A program made the translations under genes and the position numbers. Below, in pieces: positions 40,372-54,149 of a stretch of DNA of 64,000 nucleotides. Below the pieces are notes generated by a model. That model was not told where the DNA came from, did no database searches, and worked only from the letters and a program-made list of their open reading frames with translations. Each line of letters opens with the position of its first letter. The stretch's first letter is position 1. The stretch is taken from positions 46,438,001 to 46,502,000 of the forward strand of contig OX597834.1 in assembly GCA_951406725.2 (NCBI GenBank). The letters are read 5' to 3'. The DNA is from Octopus vulgaris. Taxonomy: Eukaryota.

Positions 40372-40660
40372 TGTGACACCTTCTCCAGCGGCAACTTGGT
40401 GTTGTCAGCCACCAACCCAGACTCTGCTGTTCGTCAGGCTGAGAAAAATAAATTGCCATGGTACCGGTCGCTCTCTGACAGGCTTATATTCGTGTCTGTG
40501 GCAGTTGAGACCTCTGGCGTCCTTGGCCCCAGGGCCATATACATGGCAGAGATTGCTGTACTCAAAAGCGGGCCCCGTGAGCCAGAGGGATTGTTTCAGT
40601 GCATCTCCCTCGCTTTCCTTCGGGGCAACGCCTTTTCCATTTCGTCTGCGGGTGCCATGA
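40372..40660 (+). mobile_element. CRE-like non-LTR retrotransposon C-terminal (RLE) fragment
   Basis: DTFSSGNLVLSATNPDSAVRQAEKNKLPWYRSLSDRLIFVSVAVETSGVLGP...PREPEGLFQCISLAFLRGNAFSI matches the CRE-clade AE..K..KY...VET.G..G...QR.S.A..RGNA pattern. Confidence 0.65.
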
Positions 40661-40716
40661 GAAATGTTGAACTCTGATAGAAGAAAGTAGCCTTCACTTT
40701 CATTTGTTTGACTGAA

Positions 40717-41584
40717 CCGAGGGTTCTAAATCCCCGCTCCCCACTTTTTTTTTTATCTATGGACCCCTTTGATAACTATTTTATTCTGGTGGACTCCTAT
40801 AGCCATTCAATGTTTAAAAATTCCGAAATTCCTATTTTGTGTAGGTTGAACTATGTAAAATGTTAGAAAGACACCGAGCTCTTTCTGACAATGCCTACCA
40901 ATATATACATCGAAAGCAGGGATTCTCAAACTTTTTAATGAAATTTACGTGCTGGTCCCCTCACAGTTTTTTCGATGATTCGCTGTCCCCTATAAAATGC
41001 AGGATAATTAACATGGAAAAAAATTCGTTATTTCCGGACTATGAACGTCACTGCCCATAGACCGGCAACGCCGAAAACCACAAGTTAATCCAAGCAATGC
41101 CCCATTGGGATACAATAAACGCAAATGAAAATATGGGGAATCAGTTGATCAATTGGTTACAAAACAAATGAGAAACGAAAAATACCGACAACCCATGCAC
41201 GACCAACCGTTATAGCCGCATATTTTCTATCGGCCAATCATACTTGTACAAATGTGATAGGCAAATGTGTAGGAATGGCGCGGGTTTTTGCGGCCAATGT
41301 CAAAAATGGAAGATAGCAAGCGGAAAATTGTAAGTCTTGAAATTTTAAAACTTAACTGTCTAAAGCCACCCCCATTTTCATGATACTTCAGCATCTATTC
41401 GCCGTCACCCCTAAAGTCGTTTCGCGGTCCCCAGTTTGAGAACCACTGATCTGAAGCAAAATGTTTTTTTTAAGGATCGTTAAAATATTATTGTAGGTCC
41501 CCAATTTAATATTTTGTTGCGTGGACTCTCCAAAATCTTATATGGACCCTCGGGGCCCATATAGAACCCAGTTGAGAAAACCTG
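40717..41584. mobile_element. Nested hAT-type MITEs (inner element 40917-41448)
   Basis: Inner TIRs CAGGGATTCTCAAACT / AGTTTGAGAACCACTG with imperfect 8-bp TSD atcgaaag / atctgaag. The outer element ends gttgagaaaacctg and has ggaccc subterminal repeats. Confidence 0.7.
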
Positions 41585-42143
41585 GACTTAACCCTTCAAG
41601 GCAGAGCCGCTGATGTCAACTTTGTCTTTCTTCTATCCGGACTGGAAAAGAAAGAAATCGATCCGAATACTTCTGACCCTGCATTACGATGGTGTTTGTG
41701 GGTGGGTGGGTGGGTGGGTGTGTCTTTTGCGTGTGTTTGCGTGTTTTCTCTACGTGTATGTTTGTGCGTGTCTGCGTGTGCGTTTGTGTGCGCACGCTGT
41801 GTGAGTGTTTGTTTCTCTGCAAGTGTGTTTGTGCATGTCTGCATATGTGTTTCTGTGTGTTTGTCTGTGCATGCTTTTTGTGAGAGGATGCCAATGTGCG
41901 ACTGTGTGTGTGTGTGTGTGTTGGTACGTTAGAACTTGAGCGTTATGTGCGTTTCAATGTGTCAGTGTGTGTGCGTGAGCGCGTGTGGTGGTGGGGGGGG
42001 GACGGCGTTTCTATGCTTGTGTACGTATGTGCGTGTGTATGTACGTGACACGTGCGGAAGTTTGTATACAATAGTATGTGTATGTGTGTGTATGCGTGAA
42101 GCGTTTCTTTGTACACATTGCATGCTCGTGCTGTCGCAGTAGC

Positions 42144-42209
<66 letters not shown>

Positions 42210-42399
42210 TTCAGATACAATTTTAGGTTGACGATGTGTAGATTTTTTTTTATTTTTGGATTCTGGCGGGGGTGTTATTTATTCCTTTTTTCGTGTAAGG
42301 TTCTCATAAGTCCCCTCCTTGACCCAGCAGACAAAATGGGAAAAGCTTTTCCCTGCCGTTTGGCGCCGTGAAAGCCACTGTGGACCCACTGTGTATTCT

Positions 42400-42850
42400 T
42401 TCGGCCTCCAACCACCACCATGCTGTCATGGCGCCCTTAACAAAATCATAAACTATGACCTAAACGCTGTAGGATCCCCTTCGTAGCTCGAGCCAGCGGG
42501 GCTAGACAGAGTGGGGCCGAAAAAGGCCATCTATGACAATTTTTCCATTCCGTAGTGACAGACACGTCATCTGGTTGACCACATGCTGGGACACCTTTTC
42601 CAGCGGCAACTTGGTGCGGTCAGCCTCCAGCCCAGGCTCCGTTGCTTGTCGGGCTGAGAAAAAAACAAATTGCCACGGTCGCTTTCCGACAGGTATATGG
42701 TCGATCTTGTTACTGTTGAGACCTCTAGCGTTCTTGGCCCCTAGACCATAGTCCTGCTCACCGCTGTCCGGGCAGAGATTGCTGGCCGCAAGTGCAGGCC
42801 CTGCGAGTCAGAGTCGCTCTTTCGGCGCATCTCTCTCGCAATCCTCCGCC
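42400..42850 (+). mobile_element. Second CRE-like RLE fragment
   Basis: HGALNKIINYDLNAVGSPS*LEPAGLDR...VIWLTTCWDTFSSGNLVRSA...VETSSVLGP...LFRRISLAIL; homologous to 40372-40660. Confidence 0.65.
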
Positions 42851-42933
42851 TTTTCATACACAATGTAACTTCTGAGATATGATCCAATGTGTCCATCGTT
42901 TTGAAGACGATAAAAAGATATGACTGTTATTTC

Positions 42934-43075
42934 GGCACTACTTAAATACAGAAGCCCCCATGCATCTACGTAACGATGTTTTTACAGTGCACACCCGTTA
43001 GGGTTAGGGTTAGTTTTAGGGTTAGTTTTTAGGGTTAGGGTAGATGCGTCGGGACCCCTATATTTAACTAGTGCC
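42934..43075. mobile_element. MITE-like element enclosing (TTAGGG)-type repeats
   Basis: ~36-bp inverted arms ggcactacttaaatac...gcatctac / gtagatgc...tatttaactagtgcc enclosing gttagggttagggttagttttagggttagtttttagggttaggg. Confidence 0.7.
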
Positions 43076-43129
43076 GCTATTTCTACAATACTTAGCGACC
43101 ACATAACAGTCTTGGAGTGTATAAATGTA

Positions 43130-44315
43130 TGCGCTCGCGTCTGTGTGTGTGTGTGTGTGTGCGTACGAGTTTGCATATAGGTGTGTGTGTGTTTGTGTGT
43201 GAGTGCGAGTGTCTATCTGCATAACATCTATCTGTATAGATGTGTGTGAGTGCGTATAATGTATGTGTGTATATAAGTGTAGGCGTATTAGTACATGTAA
43301 CTGCGTTTTTGGTATATATGTTTCGGTGTGTGTGAGTGTGTGTATAAGTATGTGTGATTGTGTGTATGTGTGTGTATGCATGTATGTGTGATTGTGTGTA
43401 TGTGTGTGTATGCATGAGTGTATGTGTATAAGTGTGTACGTGAGTGTACAAGTGTTTGTGTTTATGAGTATGTGTGTGTGTATATGAATGTATGTATGTG
43501 TGAAAGTGTGGGTTTATAAGTGTATGTGCGTATAGGTGTATACAAGTATATGTGTGTGTGTGTTTGCGTGTGTATAAGCATGTGTAAATGTGTATATAAG
43601 TGTGTGTAAAAGTGGTGTGTGTGTGTGTACGTGTATAAGAGTATGTATATCTAGGTGTGTGTGTGTGTGTGTGTGTGTGCATTAGTGTAACAATGTGTAC
43701 AAGTATGTGAATGTGTTTGTGCATGCGTTTATGTGTGCACGAGTATTTACATGAATATGTGTGAGCTATATGTATGTTTGTGTGTGTATGCATATGTATG
43801 TGTATATTGTGCGTCTGTGTGTGTCTGCGTGCCGTGTACGTATGTGTCTGTGTTGTGTGTATGTGACCGTGTATGTATATGTTTAGTGCGTGTATGTGTA
43901 TTTGTGAATGTGTGTATGTGTGTGTACGTAAGCTGTATGTGTGTGCATGTGTGAATGAATGTATTTTCATGTATATATGTGTGTGTGAATGTATTTTGCT
44001 TGTGTACGTATGTATGAATATGTGTGCTTTATGTGTATGTATGAATGTAAGTATGTACGTGCGTGTGCTGTGTGCATGTGACATGTATGCATGAGTACAT
44101 GTATGTATGTGTGTATGTGTGTATGGATGTATGTGGATATGTGTAAATATGTGAGTGTATGTATGGATGTATGTGTATATGTGTAAGCATGTGTGTGTCT
44201 GTGTGTATGTGCATGTGTAAGTATGTGTGTATATATGTATGTGTGTATGTGCATATGTTTATGTATGTGTGTTATGTGTGCATGTATATATATATATATA
44301 TATGTGTGTGTGTTG
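43130..44315. repeat. ~1.2-kb degenerate (TG/TA)n alternating purine-pyrimidine tract
   Basis: Directly visible; produces the spurious 330-aa H/T-rich ORF. Confidence 0.9.
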
Positions 44316-44735
44316 TGCATTACCTTCTCTCCTGGATATTCCAAAGCAACAATAACATGGTCATAACAATAGCAATGGTAACTTGCGGCTATTTCCTCGG
44401 ACAGTGTCCATGTCTGACCAAAAATTGCGTGTTGATGATTGTGGTGGTGGTGGTGGTGGTGGTGGTGTTAATTGGGTATGACGATTCGTTCTTTGTATGT
44501 TTATAAAGGATTAAGACCAAACAAAGCGAACGAGGGTTCAAATTCTACATGGAACCATCTCAGTTGAACAGCTACGACAGCTTAGTGTGCGTAGTGTGGT
44601 GGTGCGAAGTTGTAGACAATAATGGCGTCTCGTATCACCGCCGCCGCCGCCGACGCAACAGCAGCAGCAGCAGCAGCAGCAATAGCGGTGGCGTTGATTG
44701 TGTTGGTTGGTATAGAAGTAATGGTGGTGGTGGAT

Positions 44736-44830
<95 letters not shown>

Positions 44831-46159
44831 GGTGGTGGTGGTGGTAGGAAAAGGAGGAGGGGTTTTGCATGTATATTTAGTTTTCAACTAAGTTTTCGCT
44901 TTCACCATTTCGTCAACGCTTTAAGACGCCACAATCCGTCGCCATTGTTCCACCGGCGACGAGGCGTTCAACAAAAAAATGTCTAAGACAGAAAGAGAGA
45001 AGGAGAGAGAGAGTGGGGAGAGGGAGAGAAAGAGAGAGAGAGAAAGAGGAGAGAGAGGGTGAGAGATAGAGAAGCAGGCAGACAGACTGACAGAGACGAT
45101 CCAAAACTTTTTGTCAAATAGTCGACGCCGTTTCCATTCTCAGTTAAAAATCCTATTTCTGATTGTCTTTTTGTGTTTCGTACTTTTTGAAGATCGGGGA
45201 GAAAAATAGAATATACTCAGAGAAAATGTATTGGAACGGCTATCCCTACCTTACAGGGGAAGAAGAAGGAGAATGGAACGGTGGGGAGAGGTGTGTGACA
45301 AAAAGGGTTTTAAAACAATTGAAATTTTCGAAAAAAAAATTAGAATCGTAATTCCGGTTGTACGAAACACAGGAATATTAAAAGAAAAACAATTTCTGTG
45401 CCTTTTACCTGTTCTTTCCAAAACGAAGGAGTCCCAAATTCCATCAACATAAAATACACAATTACACCGACAGATATGAAGGAAAAGAATCTCGGTTCTG
45501 TGCCCTTCTTTTCCTTTCCACCATAAAGTGTGAAGGCGTATGGCTTAATGGTTAGAGTATTCGGCTCACGATCGTAAAAGTCATTCCCGAGTTCGATTCC
45601 CGGCAGTGCGTTGTATCCTTGTGCAAGACACTTTATTTCAAGATTTTCCAGCCCACTCAGCTGACGAAAATGAATTGTACCTGTAATTCCAGAGGGCCAG
45701 CCTTGTCACTTTGTGTGTCACGCTGAATCTTCCTGAGAACTACGCTAAAGTTACGCGTGTCTGTGGAGTGCTCAGCCACTTGCTCGTTAATGTCACGAGC
45801 AGACGGTTCCATTGATTGGATCAATTGGAACCCTCGACGCTGTAACCGAAGGAGGACCAGGTCTTTACCCCCACCCCACCACCACCACCACCACCACTTA
45901 AGGTAGTAATACCTACCTCTTTTACTCTTTTACATGTTTCAGTCATTTGACTGCGGCCATGCTGGAGCACCGCCTTTAGTCGAGCAAATCTACCCCAGGA
46001 CTTATTCTTTGTAAGCCTAGTATTTATTCTATCGGTCTCTTTTGCCGAACCGCTAAGTTACAGGGACGTAAACACACCAGCATCGGTTGTCAAGCGATGC
46101 TGGAGGGACAAACACAAACACATAAACATACACACACACACACAAACACAAACACATAA

Positions 46160-46196
<37 letters not shown>

Positions 46197-46865
46197 CATA
46201 TATATGACGGGCTTCTTCCAGTCCCCGTCTACCAAATCCACTCACAAGGGTTTGGTCGGCCCCAGGCTATAGTAGAAGACATTTGCCCAAGGTGCCATGC
46301 AATGGGACTGAACCCGGAACCATGTGGTTGGTAAGCAAGCTAATTACCACACAACCACTTCTATTTCAATATTTTAAAGAAGGTTGAATGGGATTCGAGA
46401 GCGATTTAGCTGCCATTTCAAGTAACCAAATGCCAGGTCCTTCATTGTGTATGATTGTTGTTGTTGTTGTTTAGGTCCAAATCAGATCTGGTGCAGCAGA
46501 GCTTTAATCGAACACGTATTCGTTATGCTTATCTTGTCATTTGATTTAGGCACAATGTATCGAGGACTCATTTATGTAATGTAACATCTTTTATACGTTG
46601 CGGTTAATTATTTTATTCCTTTATTCCTTTTACTCGTTTCAGTCATTAGATTGCGGTCAAACTGGAGCACCGCGTTGAAGAGTTTTAGTCGTACGAATTG
46701 ACCCCATTTATTTTTGTATTATTTTTTTGTAAAGCTTGGTACTTATTCTATTGCTCTCGTTTGCCAAACCGCTAAGTTATGGGGGACATACAAACATCAA
46801 CACTGGTTGTCATGACAAGCGGTGAAGAGGGACAAATACATACACAAAAACAATAAACATACACA

Positions 46866-46904
<39 letters not shown>

Positions 46905-46958
46905 ACACACACAAAGCTTTGGGAGTAGATTTGGTAAACGGAAACTGAAGCAATCGCA

Positions 46959-47029
<71 letters not shown>

Positions 47030-47278
47030 GAGGCGCGTGGCTTAGTGGTTAGGGTGTCAGCGCACCATGATCGTAAGATTGTGGTTTCGATTCCCGGACC
47101 GGGCGACGCGTTGTGTTCTTGAGTAAAACACTTCATTTCACGTTGCTCTACTCCACTCAGCTGGCAAAAAGGGGTAACGCTGCATTGGACTGGCGTCCCG
47201 TCCAAATGGGGAACACATACGTCATTGAAACCGGAAAACTGGATCCATGAGCCTGGCTAGACTTTAAAAGGGCGTATT

Positions 47279-47320
<42 letters not shown>

Positions 47321-49303
47321 TATACGTATGTATATGCATGTGTGATTTATACACACACACGTCGGGCTTGTTTCAGTTTTCATCAACCAAATCCAATCAC
47401 AAGGCTTTGGTCGGATAGAGGCAATAGTGGAAGACATGTGCCCAAGGTGCCATGCGCTGAGACTCGACATGGAACTAAGTGATTGGGAAGCAATTTCTTA
47501 CCACACGGCCACGCATGCGTACAGAAGAATTTACAGCAGTTATGAAAGAGGAGTATTATGTACAGTCAGGAATATATCTCGCTCAAATCCCGCTGAAGCC
47601 CTTGCATCCATCTTCTCCACCCACCATTCCTGAGAAGGTCGTGAAAGTAAAGTCTTCGGGCACTTCCTCCAATACAAATAGGGTCCAATACAAATAGCGA
47701 CTTGGTGCCTGGCGCGAATATGAAAGCTTCAAGCTGTCATTTGAAAAGAGTTCGAAACAATCGCATTGAAGTCAGCTTTGCATTTCGTCTTTTGGGGCTT
47801 AGAATTCGGATGGAAACTGATTCTCTCCCTCACTCTCTATCTATGGGTGGCATCTGTATTCCAAATATGAGACTGTATGTGTTGCATTGATTTTAAAACT
47901 GCTAGATATAGCAGCCACCTTGTCATACACTCACGTCCTACCAGTGAGGAAGACGAAGAGGGGGAGGAAAAGAAGAAGAAGAAGAAGAAGAAGAAGAAGA
48001 AGAAGAAGAAGAAGAAGAAGAAGAAGAAGAAGAAGAAGAAGAATGAACTTACCAAGTTTGCTCCAAGCATTTGAAATAATGAATCAAAAATAAGACTGGC
48101 GATAAACAAGCGACGATAATTATGCCAACACATCATACAGCACATGAATTGTTTTTCAGTATGTATGTATGTATGTGAGAGTTGGATATTAATACGTTAC
48201 ATTTTATCGCTAATTGAAGGAATATGTATTCAGTACATGTTATATAATATATATATAGATTGTTATTCTTGCCTGACAATCACTGTGGGGTGAAACTCGC
48301 GTTACGAGAATGCAATACAATTTAAAGAAACTAGATGTGTTTGTGTACACATGTGTGTGTGTATGTGTGTGGCGGGAGGAGGAGGTGAATCATTTAGCAA
48401 TTATTTCTTTCTTAATTAAAACATTTTCACATGAAAAAAAGGAACAGAAGAAAAGCCGCGTGCCAGCATTGATCTGAACCCGTTTTTGATTCTTGCTTGT
48501 GTGAAGACGAACTCAACTTCTTCGATTTAACACGTTTTATCAAACATAAGTCCAAAAAAGTAACTGGGAGTCAACTTCGACAAATATTATATTATGTAAG
48601 TTTAGATAACAGCTGATTCCTTTTCTTTCTTTTATTTTCTTTTTCTTTTTTTTTTTCTTTTTTGTTTGATGCCGAGCGTTCAAGAGAAATCTAATGTCCC
48701 AAGTTGCCCATTCAAATAAAACAAATAAAATATGCAATCTCTTCACTCTGGTTTATTCGGAAGTTATGTATAATGCCCTCGTTACTGATTTCTCTGAAAA
48801 CAGGTCCATTCTCTTCGCTAAAACGCTTTGTCTGAAATTGCGAGCAATCTCTTATCTATAGTTTAGCCTGTCACAGCAAGAAATTTCTTCTTTATAGCTT
48901 TGCCCGGAATTGAGAGCAATCCCTACACTATAGATTAACCAGAAGTTGCGGGAACTGAAGCTTAAGTTCAGTTTTTCGTTTGGCTACGTTTCTTCCGTTA
49001 AAGCGCAATATGTCATTCAACCAACTGGACACGATCACAATCTATTTATTTATTGTTTAAAAGCAAGAAGCAAAATGCAATGACCGCTCCAACTTCAACC
49101 CCCAGCGTCCAACATAAATAAGAACATGACAGATTGTGTTTGCTTTTATGATTACTTCTTGATCGATCTACAACTTTTAAAGATTCTGCCATCATTACCC
49201 ACCCACCCACCCCGCTTTCTCCTTCTCCTCCTTTTGTCGTTACCTTCTTCGCACTCATTCCACTTTTCTATCTTTACTTTTATCCTTCAATGGTCTTGTT
49301 ATC

Positions 49304-49342
<39 letters not shown>

Positions 49343-49710
49343 TCCTCCTCCTCTTCTCATCTTTCTTCGTCTGATCATCATCACCCACTTTGTTCTCCCT
49401 CTTCCTTCTCCTCCTCTTCTTCTTCTTTTCCTCCTTTTTTTCCTTCTTTTCCCCCGCCTCCGCTTCTCCCTCTTCTTTTTCTATCTCTCCATTCATCTGC
49501 TTCCCTTTTTTCTTTCTTTTACTCCTCTTTCTCCTCCCCTTTCTTCTTATTCCTCGTCTTATTGCCTTCCCTCGTCTCTCTCCGCCTTGCCACTTCTACT
49601 ATTGTAATTTCTTTCTTCATCTTTCCTTTTCCTTCACCACCAACCGCTAGTCATCCAACAACCAAACTTCCTACCTCTCCCACTCCATCCACCGTCACCC
49701 ACTATATGCA

Positions 49711-49743
<33 letters not shown>

Positions 49744-50560
49744 CAACAATATGTAATCCTCTACAACTACAACCAGGAAAACCGATCAAACCATCACAAA
49801 GTAAAATAACCCTGTTTATCCAACTTGCTTCAATTAATTACATTCTGTCTTAAAGAACAACCAAATTTAGACACTGATTGTCACAGCGTTGATTTGTTAC
49901 GTCAAACACTTTGTTTATTTTGGCTATTTTCAGGTGAACACCCTGGTTTATTTAATGGTCACGTTTGACTGACTGATAAATACGTTGGTCTTTCTGGTGT
50001 TGGCGGTGGTGATGGTGTTGGTGTTGTTAGTGGTGGTGGTGGTGTTGGTGGTGTTGCAGGTGATGCTGCTGGTGATGGAGCTTCTTTTATGGTGTTGGTG
50101 GTGGTGGTGGTGCTTTTAGGTGGTAGAGCTGTTGCACCATTACCATTCTTGATATTTTGTTTTTGTTTTTTTTTTTCTTGGTTATGTTTGACTGACTGAT
50201 GGACACGTTGGTCTTGCTGGTGTTATTTTAGTTGTTCTTGCAGTTGCTGTTTGGTGGTGGTGGTGGTGGTGGTGGTGGTGGTGGTGCAGGCGGCGGCGGC
50301 GGGGGCAGTGGCGGTGGCGGCAGCAGCGGCGACGGCAGCGGCAACGGCAGCGGCAATGGCAGCGGCTGTGGCGGTAGCGGTAGTGGTGGTGGTGGTGGTG
50401 GTGGTATGGCCGCAGGCGCTGTAATTGTGATCGTCGCTAATTTTGTTAGTTGTTGTTATTGCTTGTTTTGCTGGTGTTGAAAAAAACTTATGTTGTTGGT
50501 GGCGGTGAAAAATTTTGTATTTTCATTTTGACGTTGTTATTGTAGTAGCTGCAGTTGTAG

Positions 50561-50595
<35 letters not shown>

Positions 50596-51563
50596 GTAGT
50601 AGTAGTAGTAGTAGCAGCAGCAGTGGAATGATATATGTATAAATACACGTATATATAACATAGCGGTTCGGCATGAAACACCGATATAATTAGTACCAGG
50701 CTTAAAAAACATAAGTAGTAGGGTCGATTCATTCGACTATAATTCTTCAAGAAGGTGCCCCAGCATGGCCGTAGTCTAATGACTGAAGCAAGTAAAAAGA
50801 TAATATTTTCACGCTTTCCTTTCTTCATTCTGCCGCCCGAAGAAATGAATGCATGAATATGATCCACCGATGTCATGGATACTTCGGACTATACGGTAAT
50901 CATCCCATGAATGCGGATTATCATGGTAAGAAACATGTGATTTGAAGAAACGCGCGTAGCAATGCATTAGGATATTGATAAATTATGGCGGCGAGCTGGC
51001 AGAAACGTTAGCACACCGGGCGAAAGGCTTAGCGGTTTTTCATCTGTCTTTATGATCTGAGTTCAAATTCCGCCGGCGTCGACTTTGGCTTTCATCCTTT
51101 CGGGATCGATAAATTAAGTACCAGCTGCGTACTGGAGTCGATCTAATCGATTGGCCCCTTCCCCCAAAATTTCGGGCCTTATGCTTAGATTAGAAAAGAA
51201 TATTTACAAATTCGATCCAAGGATTATTGTTATTATTATTACTATATTTATCCTACATTATATCGGCACAACTCGGTGCAACCGCCAAAAACTGGTATTG
51301 CCAGTTAGTATAATTAAGTTGTAGCCGACATAATAGAATCGGAGCTTTCCAAGAAAATGGAGGACAAGTTGTTTGTCCCCCATTTTCCTCTCGCCAATAT
51401 AAATTAAACTACGGTTACCCTCTAAATTATCAGCTGCTGCATAGCTTTTACCAAGGCATATACCCAAGGAATATACCCAAGGAATATACCCACTGAGGTA
51501 ATTAACAGAAGTGCCTTTGGATACATCTATACCTTAGAGGCTTTAAACATCTCTAACTTATAC

Positions 51564-51614
<51 letters not shown>

Positions 51615-51787
51615 AATATATGGAGATACATACATATAAACATATATATATACATATATATACACATATATATATATATAAATATATAATACACATATAT
51701 ATATACATATATATATAACACATATATACACACATATATATACATATATATACATATATATATACATATATATACATATATATATAC

Positions 51788-51842
<55 letters not shown>

Positions 51843-51915
51843 TATATACATATATATATATACATATATACATATATATATATACATATATACATACACA
51901 TATATATATGCATAC

Positions 51916-51972
<57 letters not shown>

Positions 51973-52040
51973 CATACACATATATATATACACATATATA
52001 TATAAACATATACATATATATATATACATATATATACATA

Positions 52041-52461
52041 TATATTAATAAAAGGAATTCCAACCTTGTCTGATTTTCACGTTTTATTTACAATCTTATA
52101 ATGATATAAGATAATATAATAAAATAAAATAAAATAAAATAATAGAATGTTAAATGTTCATTCTGATTGAATTAGTACTTTCATGCATTAAATTATGCAA
52201 TCTTCAGGTTCATGAAGTTGTGGCGCCAGTCATGCTTCACAATTTTTAACTGTCAAAAATTGTAAAGCATGACTGTCACCACTACTAAATGAACCTGAAG
52301 ATTGCATAATTTAATGCATGAAAGTACTAATTCAATCAGAATGAACATTTAACATTCTACTATTTTATTTTATTTTATTATATTACATTATCTTATATCA
52401 TTATAAGATTGTAAATAAAACGTGAAAATCAGACAAGGTTGGAATTCCTTTTATTAATATA
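52041..52461. repeat. ~420-bp near-perfect palindrome (foldback) with a hammerhead-like motif in each arm
   Basis: tatattaataaaaggaattccaaccttgtctgattttcacg... is mirrored by ...cgtgaaaatcagacaaggttggaattccttttattaatata, with a loop of a few nt near 52250. Confidence 0.92.
52290..52334 (+). ncRNA. Minimal type I hammerhead-ribozyme-like motif (Penelope-like-element type)
   Basis: tgaac-CTGAAGA-t-TGCAT aattta ATGCA-t-GAAA-GTAC-TA-attca: both core boxes, stem II, palindromic AGTACT stem III and a 4-bp stem I with a C-A mismatch. Identical copy on the minus strand at 52168-52212. Confidence 0.6.
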
Positions 52462-52648
52462 TTCTTCTATACACAATCACACACACCCGTATATATATCT
52501 ATATCCATATATATATATACATATATATATATCACGTGATCTCGTGACCGACCAAGCTATCAGATGTTGCTACACATCACTGGTCACAATGCACTTCGCA
52601 TTGTTTTAGCCTTCACATGACACCACCTCGTTGGCTAAGCGAGTAGGC

Positions 52649-52692
<44 letters not shown>

Positions 52693-52702
52693 CATACATA
52701 AC

Positions 52703-52771
<69 letters not shown>

Positions 52772-52914
52772 TATACACAAGGCCAATGAGGGTACGGACG
52801 CCGCTATATATATTATATGTAGAAAAATACAAACTCCGACAAGAACGTAAAACATTTAGAAGACGATACAAAAAACACGGACGGGACATTCGAAGCCTTC
52901 AATCTTCAGTCAAC

Positions 52915-53047
<133 letters not shown>

Positions 53048-53083
53048 TACATACATACATACATACATACATACATACATACA

Positions 53084-53114
<31 letters not shown>

Positions 53115-53135
53115 GCCTCTCTGTGTGTATATCTT

Positions 53136-53194
<59 letters not shown>

Positions 53195-53686
53195 TTGTGT
53201 CTGCGTTTGTCAACCGGTACTGATGTGTTTACGTCCTCGCAACATAGCGGTTTAGCAAAAGAGCCCAAATAAAATTAGTACTAGGCTTTAAAAAAAAAAT
53301 TTTAAAGTACTGGAACCGATTCTTTCGATTAAAATTCCCCAACGCGGTGCTCCGGCATGGCCGCAATATAATGACTAAACCTAAAAACAAAAGAGAAAAT
53401 ATAAAAAAAGACTCTTTTAGTTCGGCTGTAGAAGCCTGTATATGGGACCGGAGGCTGTAAACCCGGGGCCTGCTCAGAGAGGACGCACACACACCCTATC
53501 TACGCCACTGTCAAAAGAAACGATAGAAAACGTGGTAAGAGACTCAGCCAAGAGTTGCAGTTGGCAAGAACAGTTCCCCTGGCATTAATCGCAGCTACAG
53601 CAATTAGCCCTGATCCCGCTTATAGTGCCTCTTAGTAATTAGCTAGCTTCTAATTGTGACATTCATATCCATGTAAGAGACATCAG

Positions 53687-53727
<41 letters not shown>

Positions 53728-54149
53728 TTACAAATATATATTATATGTATATATATTATACATACATACATACATACATACATTCATACATACATACATT
53801 CATACATACATACACACATACATTCATACATACACACATACATACATACATATATGTCGTTCTAGGCCAGGGGGAATTATTTACTGTTGGCGTGTAGTTA
53901 AGTTGTTAATCTGTTGTTTAATCTGTTGTTGATCGATAATCCTTGTGGCTACTTAGATAAAGACAGGATTAGATAATGCTTCACACACATACACACACAC
54001 ACATACACGCACATAGATATACATTACTATAAATGCGTGTGAGAGCGTACGCATGTGTGCGTGTGTGCGTGGACGTATGTGTGTACGTATGTGTATATAT
54101 ATATATATTTATATATAAATCATTCATATATACTTATATATATACACAT

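Noticed and set aside
43092-44084. 330-aa His/Thr-rich ORF and the many YI/VC/HT/poly-N ORFs across the window
   Set aside because: Translations of microsatellites with no domain content or splice support.
44500-49100. Non-repetitive patches as GAS2 5' UTR exons or promoter
   Set aside because: Plausible location, but nothing in the sequence alone fixes exon boundaries or a transcription start.
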